DNA of 24,943 bases from Ginkgo biloba (taxonomy: Eukaryota; Plantae; Ginkgophyta), in contig JANKJI020000002.1 of the NCBI GenBank assembly GCA_024626585.2, positions 115,119,803-115,144,745 of the forward strand, read 5' to 3'. The notes beneath the pieces were generated by a model. It searched no databases. It was given only the letters and a program-made list of their open reading frames with translations, and was not told the origin of the DNA. The translations under genes were made by a program, and so were the position numbers. The stretch's first letter is position 1. Every line of letters starts with the position of its first letter. Positions 22,876-24,943 of this stretch are shown in pieces.

Positions 22876-23299
22876 GTCAGTGTTTTGTGCTTCCCTTTCC
22901 ACCCTACTTTCTTTTGTATTTATAAACTTCATGCCCATGTTTTATTATATGCTTCTCTGATATCTATAATGTGTAAGAGTCCAGTTTTGTTTGTGTTGAA
23001 ATTGGCAACGGATGTGTATCTAGAGTCAATGACCAAGTATTCTTTTAAAGAGTAATGACTACATAACCCTTTCCTTTTGAATCTTGGGCTAAATCATGAC
23101 AAAGCAGTTAGCGGAAACCACATATAAGATCAACTGAGGGCTGATTGTCACTGGTTCCAAAGTTGTCTTCAACTCTTCGTAGCTATTTGACAACTTTTTT
23201 TGTTGAGGGATGCTGAATTGATAGTTCAAGTATGGCTTTCGTTTTCTCAATATTTCTTATAGGTTATTGGTTAATCCATGTTAGGCACTTTCCCATATG

Positions 23300-24943
23300 C
23301 CATTCTTTCTTACTTTATCTCAAAATAATGAATTCTTAATGTAGCAATCAAACAAATGCCAAATGACTCCATGCTAGTTCCAAATGGTTTTCCCATTAAA
23401 TGGTACAAAGAATCCTTGGAGTTTATCAAGCCATGGGTAATTGATTTGGGAAAAGTATCTGAAAGAAATGGTTTCATACACAGCCATAAATTCCAGCTAC
23501 ATTTGCTTAATTCCAAAAAGCAAGTCAGGAGATTCTTTTGACGATTGGAGACCATTTGCATTGAGCAATGCTCCTTACAGAACCANNNNNNNNNNNNNNN
23601 NNNNNNNNNNNNNNNNNNNNNNNNNNNNNNNNNNNNNNNNNNNNNNNNNNNNNNNNNNNNNNNNNNNNNNNNNNNNNNNNNNNNNTAGCCTCTTAAGGGT
23701 CGAACATTAATCCTTCTGGTGGGGCACACCACCCTTTTAATAGCTTAGTAAATCGGTTTACACCTACTCTTGCCTCTATGTAGGCTTATGACTACTTATT
23801 TCAAAGCTATTGAGATGGTTATGCCTCTCGACATATGTCTCCATCATATAGTGTCATTTTTTATACTTTAAGGGTTCCATAAGCTCTAATGAATTCAAAA
23901 ATAGACATAATTTCATTGGTTGACAGAGTATGAGAGAGAGTATGGATCTTAAGTTGTCATGTGATATGACCAAACTATAAAAACAAGCTAACGGATTGGA
24001 GGACAATTCCTCTTAGCATTGTGTCCTCTGGAATAATAAAAAAATTCATAGGTATTTAAAAGCAAAGCTCCCTTAATAGTCTAGTGTGCCAACATTTATC
24101 AAAGGTAGAGAGATTCAGGCAACATCACAATTGTAATTTGATCAATCCACTCAATAAAAAGTGACATAAGAACAACGATGGTTTATAAAGTGGATATGCT
24201 AAAAGCATTTGACATGATTGAATGGCCATTAATTCCATTAGCATTGCGATGAAGGAAATTCTGAAGTTCTTATGTCAATTGGGTAGCAGCATGTCTCAAA
24301 AAATTCAAAATGTTTGTCCTGGTAAACATGAAGCAGAACCACCTTCCAGGGACCTACGACAAGGGTGTCCATTCTCCCCATCTCATTTCATTACTGCAGC
24401 TGAACCGCTATCAAGATTGCTAATATTGAAGTCAGAAGTTGGACTGTTGACTGGCCTAAAGTTGAGTAAGAGAATCAACTTTTTGCTAATGATCTGGTCC
24501 CATTCAAAGAAGCTTCTGATCTGGAAATAGAAATTTAGAAGTACTCATTGGAATTAATTTTTTCTGCTACAGGAACCAATGCAAACATCTATGCAAATCT
24601 ATTTTCTTATGCAATAATGTCCATCCTTACACAAACATTTCTATACAATCATGATTGAGTGGTATCAAAGGATGCAAAGAAAACAGGATTGTATACCTGG
24701 AACTCAGTAGGGTTTAAGAAGTTACTTGTGGCAATTTGAGAGCACATGATTCAAAAAATACAATGGAACATAAACTCATGGCCACTTAGATACCAAGGGA
24801 GAAAAGTAATCGCGCATCAACATTATCAACAATGCCATAATATATGTTAACCCCCATGTCAATGCCCAAACTAGTAGCCAATGAAATGGAATTGATTTTA
24901 ACAAGATATCTATGGAAAGGAAAGGAAGAAGGATTATTAATAG
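23300..24943 (+). mobile_element. Decayed L1-type LINE ORF2 (RT domain), interrupted by a gap and an insertion
   Basis: PNGFPIKWYKE…INSSYICLIPK…FDDWRPFALSNAPY; KVDMLKAFDMIEW; RDLRQGCPFSP.HF…AEPLSRL; LFANDLV; …YMLTPMSMPKLVANEMELILTRYLWKG. Non-LTR RT motifs in the expected order, with frameshifts. Unrelated sequence at ~23686-24048. Confidence 0.9.

Overview
Eukaryotic nuclear DNA from a large plant genome (gymnosperm-like by repeat style; this is inference) in a fragmented draft scaffold with 16 N-gaps. Most of the window is decayed, nested transposable elements: at least four Ty3/gypsy remnants on the minus strand (gag with zinc knuckles, RT, integrase), several LTRs, two clear tRNA-iMet primer-binding sites, a hAT transposase C-terminus cut by an LTR insertion, a small TIR element, and a decayed L1-type LINE RT at the right end. 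Host-gene material is limited to three items. One is the last coding exon of a plant actin on the minus strand (20505-20570, [21 protein letters not shown]), which the ORF track misses and whose other exons are not visible. Another is two plus-strand exons of an unidentified gene (20909-21045 and <=22194-22875). The third is a possible pseudo-exon (16104-16250). I found no convincing novel multi-gene system. The most interesting signal is the orphan actin terminal exon lying antisense beside the other gene.
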